Made by a program: the position numbers and the translations under genes
Shown: positions 62,313 to 64,000 of the stretch, one piece after another
How the letters are laid out: the number at the start of each line of letters is the position of its first letter
Position numbering within the stretch: position 1 is the first letter of the stretch
Source of the DNA: an uncultured Acidobacteriota bacterium
GTDB lineage: Bacteria > Acidobacteriota > Thermoanaerobaculia > UBA5066
Length of the DNA: 64,000 nucleotides
Assembly (NCBI GenBank): GCA_963779415.1
Contig: CAVZYA010000002.1
Location: 1,024,001 to 1,088,000 of the forward strand
Direction of reading: 5' to 3'
Notes under the pieces: generated by a model
The model's input: only the letters and a program-made list of their open reading frames with translations
What the model was told of the DNA's origin: nothing
Databases searched by the model: none

Positions 62313-63533
62313 ATGTATCTGAATATTGCCGTCCTGTTTGCCTTCGTGTTCGTGTACGGACTCGTCGCCGGGCGTGCCGGGGCCGCGCCGATCGGTGGGG
62401 CAGTCGCGTTCACCGCCTTCGGCCTCGCCTGTGGGCCGGCGGGTCTCGGCCTCATCAAGATGAATCTTCGCGCCGAGGAGCTGCGGCTCCTGGCAGAGCT
62501 CACGCTGGCGCTCGTCCTCTTCACCGACGCGGCCAACGCCAACCTCGCCGTCGTCCGGCAGAATCGCGCGACGATCGGGCGGTTGCTGCTCGTGGGCCTT
62601 CCGCTCACGATCCTCCTGGGGTGGGCTGTCGGGGCCCTCCTGCTGGGGGGCCTCGGCGTGATCGAGCTCGCCATCCTCGCCACGATGCTGGCGCCGACCG
62701 ACGCGGCGCTCGGGCAAGCCGTCGTCAGCAACCCCGCCGTCCCCTCATCGGTCCGCGAGGACCTGAACGTGGAGAGCGGCCTGAACGACGGGATCTGCGT
62801 TCCCGTGCTCCTCGTGCTCCTGGCGTTTGCCGCAGAGGAAGCCGGCCTGGGCTCGGGAATCGCCCTGAGGCGCCTCGCCGAGGAGATTGGCGTTGGCGCC
62901 CTCGCGGGCGGCGCCCTCGCCTTCCTCGGGGCGCGGGCGGTCCGATTGACCGCCGAGCGCAACTGGGGCTCGGGGGCCTGGCGACAGTTCCTGGTGATCA
63001 GTATGGCGCTCACCTGCTTCGCGACCGCCCAGGCGCTTGGTGGGAGTGGCTTCATCGCGTGCTTCGTCGGCGGGCTCGTGGCGGGCGCCATGGCCAAGGA
63101 ACAGAAGCACGAGTACCTCCTGGCGGCCGAAGGGTTCGGCGGTGTACTCAGCCTCCTCACCTGGGTGGCCTTCGGTGCCACGGTCGTCGGGCCGGCGCTC
63201 GGGCACGTCACCCTGCCGGTATTGGCCTACGCAGTCCTGAGCCTCACGGTCGTCCGGATGCTTCCGGTGTACCTGGCTCTGGCCGGAGCGGGGATGCGCG
63301 CGGACGCCAAGCTGTTCATCGGCTGGTTCGGCCCACGCGGGCTCGCAAGCATCGTCTTCGGGGTCATCGTGGCCCAGGCGAACCTGCCAGGCGGTGAGAC
63401 CCTGACATTCACCGTTGCCTGGACGGTCATTTTCAGCGTCCTGGCGCACGGGCTGACCGCCAACCCGCTCGCAGCCGCGTTCGCTCGCCGCGTCTCGCCG
63501 GAGACGGCGAGTCCTTCGTCCGCCCGTCGTTAG
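62313..63533 (+). CDS. Cation:proton antiporter (CPA1/NhaP-like)
   Basis: LFTDA, LAPTDAALG, VESGLNDG, GWFGPRGLASIV. Confidence 0.92.
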   Translation: MYLNIAVLFAFVFVYGLVAGRAGAAPIGGAVAFTAFGLACGPAGLGLIKMNLRAEELRLLAELTLALVLFTDAANANLAVVRQNRATIGRLLLVGLPLTILLGWAVGALLLGGLGVIELAILATMLAPTDAALGQAVVSNPAVPSSVREDLNVESGLNDGICVPVLLVLLAFAAEEAGLGSGIALRRLAEEIGVGALAGGALAFLGARAVRLTAERNWGSGAWRQFLVISMALTCFATAQALGGSGFIACFVGGLVAGAMAKEQKHEYLLAAEGFGGVLSLLTWVAFGATVVGPALGHVTLPVLAYAVLSLTVVRMLPVYLALAGAGMRADAKLFIGWFGPRGLASIVFGVIVAQANLPGGETLTFTVAWTVIFSVLAHGLTANPLAAAFARRVSPETASPSSARR

Positions 63534-63677
63534 AGCCTTGACTTTGCTCGGAGGCCGTGGGAGCGCCTCGGCAACCTGGGAAAAGGACTGGTCCCGCCCG
63601 ACGCGGCCGGTGGCGTTCATCCGCGGGAATGTCTTCGGTTTATGATCGTCTCGCCCGGTAGGCAGGTGGGGACGCAC

Positions 63678-64000
63678 ATGACGCCATTCCAGGGGATCAT
63701 CGCGGCGGCCTCCGCCATCGTTCTCTTCCTGTACGCACTCGAAGGATTCAGCCGGGAATTGCAGGCGGTCGGCGGCACGGCGCTCCAGTCGTGGCTGTCG
63801 CGGGTAACGGCAAGCCGCTGGCTCGCGTTCCTGATCGGCGCAATCGCCACGGCGCTCGTTCAGTCGAGCAGCGCCGTGACGGCGCTGGCCGTCACCCTGG
63901 TCGATGCGTCGGTGATTTCGTTCCGCGGAAGCCTCGGCGTGCTGCTCGGCGCGAACGTCGGGACGACGACCACGGCCTGGCTCGTCGCGTTCAAGCTGAC
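63678..64000 (+). CDS. Na/Pi cotransporter family protein, 5' part (runs off window)
   Basis: Manual translation MTPFQGII...ATALVQSSSAVT...GANVGTTTTAWL. Confidence 0.88.
   Translation, partial: MTPFQGIIAAASAIVLFLYALEGFSRELQAVGGTALQSWLSRVTASRWLAFLIGAIATALVQSSSAVTALAVTLVDASVISFRGSLGVLLGANVGTTTTAWLVAFKL

Overview
GC-rich bacterial window. The gene style (eukaryote-like Ser/Thr kinase with TPR repeats, VWA-type protein, MacB/FtsX permease array) is compatible with Acidobacteriota, but that is inference only. At least 11 genes are split by single-base frameshifts, most likely long-read assembly errors, so several long ORFs in the track are false fusions. The left part (1-26.6 kb) holds three toxin-antitoxin-like pairs, pip, pirin/Rrf2, five tandem ABC permeases, a PLP decarboxylase, a SpeD-like gene and DUF3300/DUF2950. 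The central ~18.5 kb (26.7-45.2 kb) lies between two diverged ~80-bp direct repeats and carries the main candidate for an undescribed system. It has a two-component system, an AbiEii-like pair between 70-bp direct repeats, and a co-oriented cluster: DszB-like desulfinase (Cys/His/Arg residues retained, no signal peptide), CoA-persulfide reductase-rhodanese, a glycyl radical enzyme with an atypical C-V-G Cys loop, a PfkA-fold protein with altered catalytic motifs, the activase, a polyferredoxin, two putative outer-membrane proteins, and BASS and SulP transporters. This suggests anaerobic radical organosulfur catabolism. The right part has a FixLJ-type system with three copies of a 16-bp palindrome, a ppgK-gnd-zwf operon running into a soluble Psr/Phs-like molybdoenzyme complex with a degenerate NuoF/GltD flavoprotein, a PLD-family gene and ion transporters. 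No rRNA, tRNA, CRISPR array, integrase or transposase was recognised.
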